A program made the translations under genes and the position numbers. From assembly GCF_018977255.1 (NCBI RefSeq), contig NW_024704839.1, positions 1-64,000 of the forward strand: 64,000 bases of DNA, given 5' to 3'. The stretch's first letter is position 1, and each line of letters opens with the position of its first letter. The notes beneath the pieces were generated by a model. That model searched no databases. It was not told where the DNA came from and saw only the letters and a program-made list of their open reading frames with translations. This document shows positions 35,440-46,035 of this stretch, one piece after another. The stretch comes from Callorhinchus milii. Its lineage: Eukaryota.

Positions 35440-36683
35440 CCCCGCGTCTGCCTAGCTCGGGTGATTTCAGGACAGTCTCTCACTAGATGCCCTCGGCGGT
35501 CGCACATATAACATGCCCGGGGAGGGGGGGCGGCTCCGTAGCGGGTCCCCTGTCCGCTCCCTCTCCCTCCCCCAGTACGCAGTTGTCCCACATCGGACTC
35601 TAATTGGGCTACTCTCCCGGCCAGCCCCCCTACGGTCGAGCGTAGTTCCCCCATCTCAGACTGGAGGGTCTTCATATTTTTATTCGCTTCCTCGCGTACC
35701 TGGGTTACCCTCTCACCTACGTGGGTTACCCTCTCCCCTACTTGGGTTACCTTACCGTCCATTCGGTCTACTCGGCCAGCAATATCTCCCATGCCGGTCT
35801 GTAACCCAGCTACCCAACCCGGGGTTGTCTCGCGGGGTTTCTGGGCCTCTCTTGCCCGTCTCCCCATGGGGCTGGCGGGCTCATCCTCATCCTCCTCCTC
35901 GTCAGGGATCAGGCTCGCCACGGTGTACTCCTGTCCCGACCCTCGGAGCTGCGCGCGTTCGCTGGAGAGCTCCTCACACTCCAGCGCTTGCTCGACTAGG
36001 GTATCGAAAGGGAGGCCTGCGCTACTCTTTTTGGGCTGCCACCACGCGGTGCGAGCTAGGTACCTGAGTAGCTTGTCTGCAGCTAGCGCGTCAATGACCT
36101 CCTTCGAGAACTCTGGACGGGCGATCCGGGTTAGTGATCGCACGTCCTCAGCGTAGTCTCGGAAGTCCTCGCCAGTTTGGCGTCGGCGCGCCTCTAAGGC
36201 GGTCTTCGCCCGTATCGCGTTGCGCGTGCCGAAACGCAGGTCTAATCTACGCATTAGTTCTTCTAGTTGGGTTTGCGCGCTTTCGGGTAGTGCCTCTACA
36301 AAGTCGGCTGCCCGCCCGTCTAAGTTTAACGTAAGATGTCGCAACGCCTGCGCGTCCGACCAGCCATTAAGCTCTTTAGCCCCTATGATATTACGGGAAA
36401 ACGCTTTCCATGTAGGGGTCCCCTGGCCGGTGAACACATGCCTTACCTTTGCGTGGAGTAGCGCGCCACCTTCCCGTGAAGATGTGAGGGTTCGTCCCAC
36501 TTCTGGCACCAAGTTGTTGGGGCCGCTGGTCCCCGGAGTCCCTCCCTGCTCCGTGCCTATGGCAGGGGCTCCGCCGTGCGCCGACCCCTCGCTGCTCTGC
36601 GAGCAGCTGCTGCCGTCGCTGGGCTCATCGCCCGACGGCTCCCCTCCCTGGTCCGTCCCTCCGCGAGCTCGTGTGAGAGGCAT
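35418..36683 (-). CDS. gag: Gypsy gag with CCHC zinc knuckle
   Basis: ATG at 36681-36683 lies inside the 5' LTR. Motifs RRRQTGEDFRDYA and CYMCDRRGHLVRDC. Confidence 0.9.
   Translation of the reverse strand: MPLTRARGGTDQGGEPSGDEPSDGSSCSQSSEGSAHGGAPAIGTEQGGTPGTSGPNNLVPEVGRTLTSSREGGALLHAKVRHVFTGQGTPTWKAFSRNIIGAKELNGWSDAQALRHLTLNLDGRAADFVEALPESAQTQLEELMRRLDLRFGTRNAIRAKTALEARRRQTGEDFRDYAEDVRSLTRIARPEFSKEVIDALAADKLLRYLARTAWWQPKKSSAGLPFDTLVEQALECEELSSERAQLRGSGQEYTVASLIPDEEEDEDEPASPMGRRAREAQKPRETTPGWVAGLQTGMGDIAGRVDRMDGKVTQVGERVTHVGERVTQVREEANKNMKTLQSEMGELRSTVGGLAGRVAQLESDVGQLRTGGGRGSGQGTRYGAAPPPRACYMCDRRGHLVRDCPEITRARQTRGLNSNAP
36496..36511 (-). promoter_or_regulatory. Primer-binding site, tRNA-Leu-like
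   Basis: TGGTGCCAGAAGTGGG sits 3 nt after the 5' LTR. It is complementary to ...CCCACTTCTGGCACCA, resembling vertebrate tRNA-Leu 3' ends. Confidence 0.75.
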
Positions 36684-37888
36684 AGCTCGCCGCACGCCCT
36701 CGTTCACCTGCAGACGCTGCGTTGTCTCTCCACGGATCACGCGCTATTAAACGGGGGTCGGGGGCGAACGACGCTGCCCTCACACTGCGCGAGTCCCGGC
36801 GGCGACAGACGGATCGGGGACCTGCGGACGCACCGACCCCTTCACCCACACTACGAGCGCACACACCTGCACACACGCGACACCCACTCGTGCGCCGCTC
36901 TACGCAGCGCTCACTCACGTGGTGAACCACAGTGTACACACGCGCACCCACACGCTCACACTGCACGACAATATCACGCGAGACCACGCTTCGCTATTAA
37001 TGATTTATTATCTGATACCTGGTAATTTAATGTTAAATCAGTGAGTCGACGAGGCTGGCCTACGCTGATACCTTTATACCTATTCCCGATTCATCTGCTA
37101 TGATTCTAATTCACCTACTTACTTCCTGCTGGATGCCCACGGCGGTTCGTTGATCCCGTGCTCGCAGCGCACCTCGATGCGTCTCACGGACGATCGGGTC
37201 GCTGGACTGGAGAGCGTCCTGTCGCCTGGCGCTGGAGAGAAGAGAGCTATTTTCCCTCTGCGCCCCTCTATTTATCCTCCCTACCTCAAAGGGGATGCTG
37301 CGCTAAACAATGGGCTCGCGATCCTCTGGCACGCGCACGGCGGTTCTGGGCGCTGTTGATATGCTAATCAGTGTGCTGCGTGCAAGGCGTAAATCCTACT
37401 TAATCCCTTACCCTCCCTAACAATGGGGCCTGCGCGCTCAAGCGCAATTATCCCAACCCTCCATGACTATGCGCAACAGCCCCTGTGACCCCGCTATTCA
37501 TGCTGTCCCGTGCCTCCCCTGCTCGCCCCGTCGACCCGTGGGAGTGTGTGTGGGGGGAATGCGCCTCAACCGCGGTGGCCGAATGCCCCACGCCGCGACC
37601 ACACCATATTAAGGCCGGCCGCAGCGCCGCGGTGCCACGTAGCACGGGGGAGGTCATCCAATCCCCTGATCGCCGGAAACCGTGAGAATTAATCCCGATA
37701 AGGGTCTCTCGGATAAAAACCGGTCGGCCAGGCGACCTCCCCTCGGAGCTCTATGGGGGGGGGGAAATGAGTGCGGGTGTGTTCATGTGAGGTGAGGTGA
37801 GGGGGACGCGGGGTCGGCTCCGTTGCTTGGTGGTGGCGAGGTCGGGGATTTGGTGCCTGCCGAACGGCTTCGTGGCGGCGGCATCACA
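36515..37888 (-). repeat. 5' LTR (1374 bp)
   Basis: Direct repeat of 29797-31172 at offset 6718. Confidence 0.95.
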
Positions 37889-38273
37889 GTAGCATTAAAG
37901 GATTCCTTGGATTAATTCTGGGGTAAGGAAAGAGTTGGTTATGGCAAGGTCTTTGCTAAGCTAGGGCTCGTATTGTATTGCATTAGGACTAGGTTTTATT
38001 ACGAAAGGGGCTCGGGATTTGGTTTTGCCTTCTTCTTTCGCAGAGCAACAACTACAATTTCACATTCAGGTGGTCAAGCCAGATAGATTTGAGACTGGGG
38101 ATTCGTGAAGGATTAGCATTACGGTTACCACAAACACTCGCTATGTATGTTTCAGTCAAGGCTTTCTGTTCAAGGTTATTACTTGAGCCAAGATAACGGC
38201 TTGAGCTTCGCACATGGTGTTATATCCAACCCTCGACTCGGCGGCAATTATCCCAGCATCACCGCCACCGCCC

Positions 38274-38981
38274 CTACGAGAGCTTGTAGCGTCGGTGGAC
38301 GTTGAGGTGGCTTTTGAGGCTGCTCAGGTCGAGGAATGCACGATTGCACTCCGAGCACTGGAAGGGCTTCTCGCCCGTGTGCATGTACTGGTGACGCTTG
38401 AGACTGCAGTAGTATGAAAAGTTCTGCCCGCACATGCTGCAGCGGTACGGCTTCTCGCCCGTGTTGCGTGCGCTGGTGCGACTTAAGGTGGGCGCTCTGC
38501 GAGAACGCCTGTCCGCACGTCGCGCAGCGGTACGGCCGCTCGCCCGTGTGCGTGCGCAGGTGCGTCTCGAGGTTGCCGCGCTGCGAGAAGCGCTGGGCGC
38601 ACACGCTGCACCGGAACGGCTTGTTGTCTTCACCGCCCGCAATCGCCGGCACGGGAACCGGCAGCATGCGCCGCCGCCGCACCAGCTTAAAGTTCGGCAC
38701 GCGGTACGCGGCGGCGGCAGGAGGCAGAGTGTCGCTCCTGGACGGTGCCTCGTCCTGCCTGTCAATGTGGTCTTCAGTGAGCGGCTTGGGCAGGTAAGCG
38801 GCACACATGGGCGGGACCGTGCAGCCAGTGTCAATTTGTATTTTGTCGACCGGCAGCTGCTGCTGTTGTTGCTGCTGCTGCTGTTGAAGCCAGGGATAGG
38901 AGTCAACATTGGTTGCATTCGTTAGGTCCAGTCCCATCTCCTGAAGCGAGGTCACTTGTTGGATGACAAAGCCCGAATTAC
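38274..38981 (-). CDS. Zinc-finger gene last exon: poly-Q plus 4 C2H2 fingers (+1 frameshift near 38464)
   Basis: cccaAG acceptor. KPFRCSVC..HTGERPYRCATC.. then, in a shifted frame, GEKPYRCSMC..HTGEKPFQCSEC..HRRYKLS*. Confidence 0.85.
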
Positions 38982-39214
38982 CTTGGGAAAAATAATCAGA
39001 GAAGTCACTTTAGACGTCATATTGTGGATATGTTTTATTTTATGGCCACGACAGGGCAAAATCAATTCCTTCACCCACCCGCACTGACCAGGAACAATGA
39101 AGTATGTTCAAATAACCCCCATGATCTGACCAACGTGGGGTTATCTTCATTCAGCAGCGGATTGACAAAAGGGCAGTACTTGTCCATTAGGCATGCGCGT
39201 CTGTCTTTGTCTTG

Positions 39215-39385
39215 AGGGGGAGCAGTGGCGTAGTGGTTAGCGCACTGCAATACCAATCTGGCGACATGGATTTGATTGCCAGCCATGGCGAAAATCAGTA
39301 TCTAAGGATTCTTGAAACGGTCCTGGGACCCTCCACCCAGGTTGATTTGGCCTTAAATGAGTACCTGTTGCAGTGTGATAATGGC
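39215..39385 (+). mobile_element. tRNA-derived SINE in an intron
   Basis: A box TGGCGTAGTGG, degenerate B box, and a CCACCCAG...AAATGAGTACCTG core. Confidence 0.5.
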
Positions 39386-39589
39386 ACTGGATTGGAGAAA
39401 CAAAGGCACGAATATAATTGGAGACAATTTTAACCACGGGACATTTCGCCGTATACGAAAAGCAAAAAACATTCCCACACAAACAATTGAGTGCACGTAT
39501 CTGCGTGAGAATCAACATTAATCGATGAATGCTTGCATCGTCACATCTCCACGCGGTAAGACATTTGTTTATTTTCAACTCATCTTTAC

Positions 39590-39676
39590 CTCCGCACGCG
39601 TCTCTTTCTATCCTGGGCGGCGTCTGGCTGGGGCTGGAGTCTCTCTGGTCCGACGTGGGACTCTGATGATCACCGT
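39590..39676 (-). CDS. Zinc-finger gene internal exon (DGDHQSPTSDQRDSSPSQTPPRIERDACG)
   Basis: ttcAG acceptor, GTAAAG donor, 87 nt, phase 1-1. Confidence 0.65.
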
Positions 39677-40785
39677 CTGAATGGCAGAAGACAACGGACG
39701 TGTGGATTAACGCAGACGTTTAAAAATGGCACTGCTGCATCTCAGGATGAGCCAGGGGAAGTTCTTTCTCACAGGTGCCCAGCCCGAAGCTTGGGCTGCG
39801 ATGGCGGATAATTACAGAAGACTTTACGTAGATCAAGTGAACGATCGTGTGTAAACGTGAACAAAACAACAGAAGATGGAAAGAGCAATCAGAGAAAATG
39901 TAAATGAACTGCCCTCCCCCCCCCGCCACCCCCACTTTTATCCTTTCGTCAGTTGAGATAAGACAGACCCAGAAGAGGAGAGGTCGTCACCCCAACACAT
40001 AAAGCCGCATGTATGTTATATGATTTATAGCATGGTCCATTTCCAAGTCCCCTCCCACTATACCCGATCTCCCCCTAGAATGTTGGTTACTTCCTCCCGG
40101 CTCATCTTCCCCCCCCCCATAAACATAAGCTCCCATTCCCCCCCCCCCCCCGTTAGGGTGGGGTAGCGAGCATTCCTTCCCCACACCTATACATGTTCAA
40201 GTGCCAAAAGTCCCCCCCCCCGCCACCCTTGGTTTTTCTGTACCCCTCCGCAGAAATCATCGACACGTTTTATCGGGCTTGTGCGCTTACCATAATAAAA
40301 AAATGCATAAAATGTAAATTTAAAAAAATGAACAGCAATCGTTCAACATTATTGAGGATGAATTACACTTGCACGTACACGTGGTCCTCCGCACGTGTCT
40401 GTTTCTATCCTGGGCGGCACATGACCACATGTGTACACATGTACAGCCATTTTTGTCAAGCCATTGCTGGAAGAGGGCCTCCACACGCCGTGTCCGTCAC
40501 AGGGGTCCTTCAACCAACCATACTTCACCGCGCTGATGAGTGCACGCCTCTGAAGGTTTTGTAATGCGTTCTACCACTGGAGTCTGCATTCAACGATCAT
40601 TTCTAAAACTGTTTGTTCCATCTTCAAGATTTTTCCTCGTCTTAGTTTGCTATTCTATCAAACCTTGTCATTTTTTCATAATCACATCATATTACTAAAA
40701 CCCTCGTCTCCTCAAATCAGCCAATCACAGGGGGCGACAGATAGGATGGGACAGTGTACACTTTTATTCGTCTTAAAGTACTCAC

Positions 40786-40878
40786 CAGCGCAGCTTGCCT
40801 CGGTTTTGATCATGTGCAGCGACGGGTTTGGGCTGCAGTCTCCTGCCTCTGATGAGGCCCGGGTGTGCCCATCATTTT
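40786..40878 (-). CDS. Zinc-finger gene internal exon (ENDGHTRASSEAGDCSPNPSLHMIKTEASCA)
   Basis: cacAG acceptor, GTGAGT donor, 93 nt, phase 1-1. Contains the IKTE SUMO-consensus motif. Confidence 0.7.
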
Positions 40879-40945
40879 CTGTGTAGGCCAAAGAGCAAGG
40901 CACACAAACATTTGGGGAGGGGGAGAAATGAACAATGATCAGTGA

Positions 40946-41172
40946 ATTTTGATTTAAAGCTTTCGTGACTGCAGGGATTCATCTTCTTGGTTCTTTCGGT
41001 AAAGTCACGTAGAAGGGAAATAATAAAAGAATAAAAATAAAACATAATAAAATGTTATTCTCACGACTGCTTGTGTTGTGGCCGAAACGTCGTGAGAATT
41101 GTATTTTATTATGTTTTATTTTCATTATTTTATTATTTCCCTTCTACGTGACTTTACCGAAAGAACCAAGAA
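40946..41172. mobile_element. Palindromic Penelope-like insertion (ribozyme 5' core lost)
   Basis: 12-bp TSD AATGATCAGTGA at 40934-40945 and 41173-41184. Confidence 0.85.
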
Positions 41173-41599
41173 AATGATCAGTGACGTAAGCGTTCCGGCC
41201 AGGTGGTTCAGCAGTAGAGCAAGCGGATCGCCATCGGGAGTTTGGGAATTTTATATCCTGGTCGGTGGAATGACTTGGCCATCATCCCTCCGGGATCAAT
41301 AAAATGAGTACGACTTTGTAGGGAAGTTAACAATTGTTGTTCTATAATAGCCTGGCCCCCGCCATAGGAATATGGAATATTCACCATTGGATCAGTGCTG
41401 TAAAAAGAGATGAGCACTGCCTCAATGCTTGCTTTGGCTAATATTTGGCAGAAATACGACCACGTAAGTGTTTTTTTTCATCAGTTTGAAATGATTCTGC
41501 CAAAAGAGCAGGTAGTTGTATCTGGCTCAAAAACGTTTTTTTATAGACTTGACAAATGAGGTTGAAAAGCGTGGGGAAATGTTAAATACCCCGCCTGGT

Positions 41600-41860
41600 A
41601 TACAAGTCGTGGGTTCGATCCCGACCTAGACGCCTGTATATTTGGATGTTGCGTGTTCTCCCCGTGGTCGAGTGGATTTTTCTCCGGGTCCTCTGGTTTT
41701 TCTCTCAACATTAAGAATCAACATCATGCGTTCAAGTATTTGACTGCCATACAATTGCACGTGATGATAAGGCACTTCGTCGAGGTATCACTTGTGGCCA
41801 GGTCGCTTCTGAAAAAGAGCCATATAGCTCAGTGGGCCTTACCTGGTAAAATAAGAATAG
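41600..41860 (+). mobile_element. V-SINE-like element
   Basis: B box GGTTCGATCCC, then the V-domain-like TTGCGTGTTCTCCCCGTG...TTCTCCGGGTCCTCTGGTTTT. Confidence 0.6.
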
Positions 41861-42178
41861 TTTAGTTTAGCGTGAATGCATTTGCTCTATCGTCTGTCAA
41901 TAACAGAAGGCCACGATAACTCCTGTGAAGATGATCCAATATGAGCAAAATTTTAGCACAAATGTCGTGTTGCTATTATGAACTTATCTATAATAAAATC
42001 GACTAAATTGATACAAGGATAGGTGACAACCAGCACTGAAGGCCTTGCCTGCTAAGGCGATGTCATTACATTAGACGTCATTTCGCGACGTCACTTGTCA
42101 TACTCCGCGTGAATACATCTCATTGTACAACTTTAAACGTAAACATATTATTGCTTTGCGAGCCGAATGCACTTTTAC

Positions 42179-42677
42179 CATCGACATCTTGATCATCCGC
42201 ATCATCCATTGCTTTTTCCTCAAAAATTATTTCCTTGCTGTCCGAAATGGAGCGTCCGGCACTGGCCCCAGCACCATCAAAGTCTCCCAGCCTCTGTGCG
42301 CAAACCAGTAGCTCTCGGCTCAAGCCGCTGAAAAGTGTGAGCAGCACGTCCACCAGGCCTCCCAGCGTCACGTCGCCCGGAGATGGCGCAGCGTCCCAGG
42401 GTGACGTCCCAGCGTTGTGGAGCTCGGCACCCTGCAGGGCCTTCACCACCTGCCGCAGCACGGCGTAGAAGCCGAAGGGCAGGCGGTCGCGCGCCGTGGA
42501 AAGCAGCTCGGCACGCACGAGGCCGTCCCCGACGCAGGCGCGCAGGACCCCGTAGTCCCGGATGCCCAGCTCAGAGTCCATGGCCCGGGCCACCTCCTCG
42601 TTCACGCCCTGCGCCTCCAGCCACGCCGGGAAGTCCCTGCTAGGCTCAAGCACTGGGGTTGCCATCGCGCACGCCAT
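42179..42677 (-). CDS. Zinc-finger gene first coding exon, with a helical N-terminal domain I cannot name
   Basis: caccAG acceptor at 42679-42680, ATG at 42675-42677, GC3-rich open frame (DFPAWLEAQGV...LGIRDYGVLRAC...LPFGFYAVLRQVV), GTAAAA donor in phase 1. Confidence 0.75.
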
Positions 42678-43270
42678 TCTGGTGGGACGTGCAAACATAT
42701 CACGTTAGTTGCGTCATTAATTTGGTTAGCTGTTTGAAAAAGGAACTGAGCAGGTTCTCACCTGATGTAGAATCTCCTCTTTATGGGTATCGTGCAAGAA
42801 GATAGGCGTGGAGTCTGTGTTGAGGTCACGGTTGTTGCAGGGCTGGGATCAAGGCTGCGGTCAGCCACAAGCACAAGCAAGAACATAAATGTGCGAGTCA
42901 CAACACTGCCAAACGATGCCATTTTGCAATGCTGAAAGCTGGCCATTAACAAAAAGGGCAGCGTGAAATCCCAAAAGCAACCACACAGTTAGCTCTCTGT
43001 TGTGTACATACCTTTGGAACCTCATTTGCCAGTAGAAAAATATGATAATTGTTTTTTTACCCTTTTATCTGGCAACAAAACTGACACCTTTTTTTTACAA
43101 GAAGTCATGTTTGCATAGACCACAATACCTGCAGTCATAATGCAAACAAAAAACATAACTCTGATAATGTATGCATTGTCCTTGAAGTTGATTGGTCCAC
43201 ACCCGAGACAGCTTTCCTGACGCCAAAAGGCGTCATCTAGTCCAACACCATGTGAGACTAGGCTCTAAGG

Positions 43271-46035
43271 CAGGGGTCTCAAACTCGCGACCCGCGGGCC
43301 AATTGCGGCCCTCGGGACGATATTTTGTGGCCCCCACCTTAATATGAAAGTTTAATGTTAGTGCGGCCCGCGAGTTTTATATTGTAGCAACCCCGCTGTT
43401 AGCTGCTGTGTGGGACAATGTTATGATGCTCTGGTTTCCTACTGTGTGCCTGTCCAGTGAATGCGGCATGCATGTGAGTGACATGGGGGGCGGGGTCGTG
43501 TGTGTGTGGTTTGTGTACGTGTGAGAGTGAGTGAGAGAGAGAGCCGGGAGAGTAAAGAGTGGCTTTGGATGTGCGGAGAGCAGGAGGGTGAAATTCATAG
43601 TTTTCCGCTCTCTTTCGCGCAGGTCATGATGTATCCAGTGCTTCATTTGTAAATCACAAGGTGCCGGAACGCTAAGTACATATGACAGCGCAGGTACAAC
43701 GAGCACAGGTCCCGAAACGCACGTAAAACGACGCTTAAAACAGCACACACATGCCACTTACAATGCAGTGGGACTTATTTAGGCTATACTGCAGTGACGG
43801 TATCAGTCTTTGTGTCAGTGATTAATAAAGTGGCATCTTGAGCAAAGGCGGAAAAAGTGGAAATAACGTGAATTTGCGGAAATTACGTCTCCGTGCGTCG
43901 CTGGTTGGCTAAACAATTGACTGAAACTTTATTGCGTGAGCGACAGCAAGTGGAATGAATATATATCTTGTCACACAGCCCCAATCATGTCTTTTTCAAA
44001 GCCTGCAGTGAAGAGAAAGGTTGGTGACGAGCACAGACAATTTCAGGAAAAGTGGGAGATGCAATATTTCTTTGTTGAGCACATGAGCACCCCGACGTGT
44101 CTTATTTGTACAGAAAAAGTTGCGGTGCACAAGGAATACAACCTCAAACGTCATTACTCAACTAGACATGCTGAGGAGTATGCAAAATACCAGGGAGATG
44201 AGAGAGCCAACTGGGTTGCTAATCTTAAAACATGTCTACTGAGGCAACAAAATGTCTTCAAGAAAGCAACCAAAGAGAATAATGCAGCAGTCGAAGTAAG
44301 CTACGTGGTTAGTGAGATGATTGCTAAGGCAGGAAAGCCATTCACAGAAGGCGAGTTTATCAAAAAGTGCATCTTACAGGCTGCAAGTATAGTCTGTCCG
44401 GAAAATAAAGGTCAGTTTAGCAACATCAGCCTTTCTGCTAACACCGTGGCAGAGCGCATTTCTGACCTGTCAAGTGACATTTATGATCAACTGCGTGAGA
44501 AAGCCAAATTTTTCAATGCATACTCAGTCGCTCTTGACGAGAGTTCAGACATCACTGACACTGCCCAGCTCACAATATATGTCCGTGGTGTTGATGACAA
44601 TTTTGAAGTGATGGAGGAGTTGCTCACAGTAATTCCAATGCATGGCCACACCACCGCTCAGGAGATATTTTGCCAGCTGTGTGATGCCATTGTGAATGCC
44701 GGTTTGCCATGGAAGAAGTTTGTTGGAATAACAACCGACGGAGCGCATTCAATGACAGGGAGGAGAAATGGACTGGTGGCACTTGTTCAAAGAAAACTAG
44801 AAGAGGAGGGTGTGGAGGAGGCCATTGCTCTGCACTGCATCATCCATCAGCAGGCCCTTTGCAGCAAATGCCTGAAGTTTGACAATGTGATGTCTGTTGT
44901 TGTGAAATGCATCAACCAAATCAGATCCAGGGGCTTAAAGCACCGGATGTTCCGTACTTTTTTAGAGGAAATGGAGTCAGAATATGAGGATGTGCTCTAC
45001 TTCACCGAGGTACGTTGGCTCAGCAGGGGAAACGTCTTGAAGAGATTTTTTGAGTTGAGAGCAGAAGTGAAAACCTTCATGGAGAAGGATGGGGTGGCTG
45101 TTCCTGTGCTAAGTGATCCCAAATGGCTCATGGACTTCGCTTTTCTTGTTGACATCACGCATGAGCTGAATGTACTGAACAAGAAGTTACAAGGCCAGGG
45201 GCAGCTCGTCAGTGCTGCCTATGACAACGTGAGAGCATTCTCCACAAAACTTGTGTTATGGAAAGCCCAGCTCTCTCAGACAAACCTTTGCCATTTCCCA
45301 GCATGCAAGGCACTCCTGAATGCAGGCACACCATTCAGTGGTGAGAAGTATGTTGATGCCATTTTGAGGCTACAGGAGGAATTTGATCACAGATTTGCAG
45401 ACTTCAAGACGCACAGAGCCACTTTTCAAATTTTTGCGGATCCCTTCTCCTTTGATGTGCAAGATGCCCCTCCTGTGCTTCAAATGGAGCTCATTGACCT
45501 GCAGTGCAACTCTGACCTCAAAGCCAAGTTCAGGGAGGCGAGTGGAAAGAAGACAAGCTTGGGCAATTTTTGCGAGAATTGAACCCCAGCTTCCCTGAGC
45601 TTTCCCGAATGTTCAAGCGGACCATGTGCCTTTTTGGGAGCACATATTTGTGTGAAAAGCTCTTCTCCACCTTGAACTTCAATAAGTCCAAGTACAGGTC
45701 CAGACTTACTGATGATCATCTTCAAGCCATACTGAGGGTCGCAACTGCTTCCTCCCTCAAGCCAAATGTGGCTCAGCTATGTGAGAGGAAGCGCTGCCAG
45801 GTCTCCGGCAGCAAGAAGTAGGCAAGAGAAGCCATGTTCATAAGAACCGTTCATGTTCTTCAATATTCTATTCATGTTCAGAAGAACCCATTGAAGTTAA
45901 ATAACTGTTAGTAATGACATTTGAGAAGTTTGGATTTTTTTAGCAAAGTTTTTTTTGTGGAATACCTGATGCGGCCCAGCCTCACCCAGATACTGCCTCC
46001 AGCGGCCCCCAGGTAATTTGAGTTTGAGACCCCTG
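43271..46035 (+). mobile_element. hAT (Charlie/Buster group) DNA transposon, 2765 bp
   Basis: Perfect 16-bp TIRs CAGGGGTCTCAAACTC at 43271-43286 and 46020-46035. The 8-bp flanks differ (CTCTAAGG vs GGTTAAGC). Confidence 0.93.
43987..45821 (+). CDS. hAT transposase (GTF2IRD2/SPIN-like) with one frameshift near 45550
   Basis: BED-like CLIC...RHYSTRH, ALDESSD, TTDGA, HCIIH, VRWLSRG, and in the next frame FGSTYLCEKLFS...KSKYRSRL. Confidence 0.9.

Larger units (their letters stand above)
29797..37888 (-). mobile_element. Full-length Ty3/Gypsy LTR retrotransposon, 8092 bp
   Basis: TG...CA LTRs, 4-bp TSD GTAG (29793-29796, 37889-37892), domain order gag-PR-RT-RH-INT. Confidence 0.97.
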
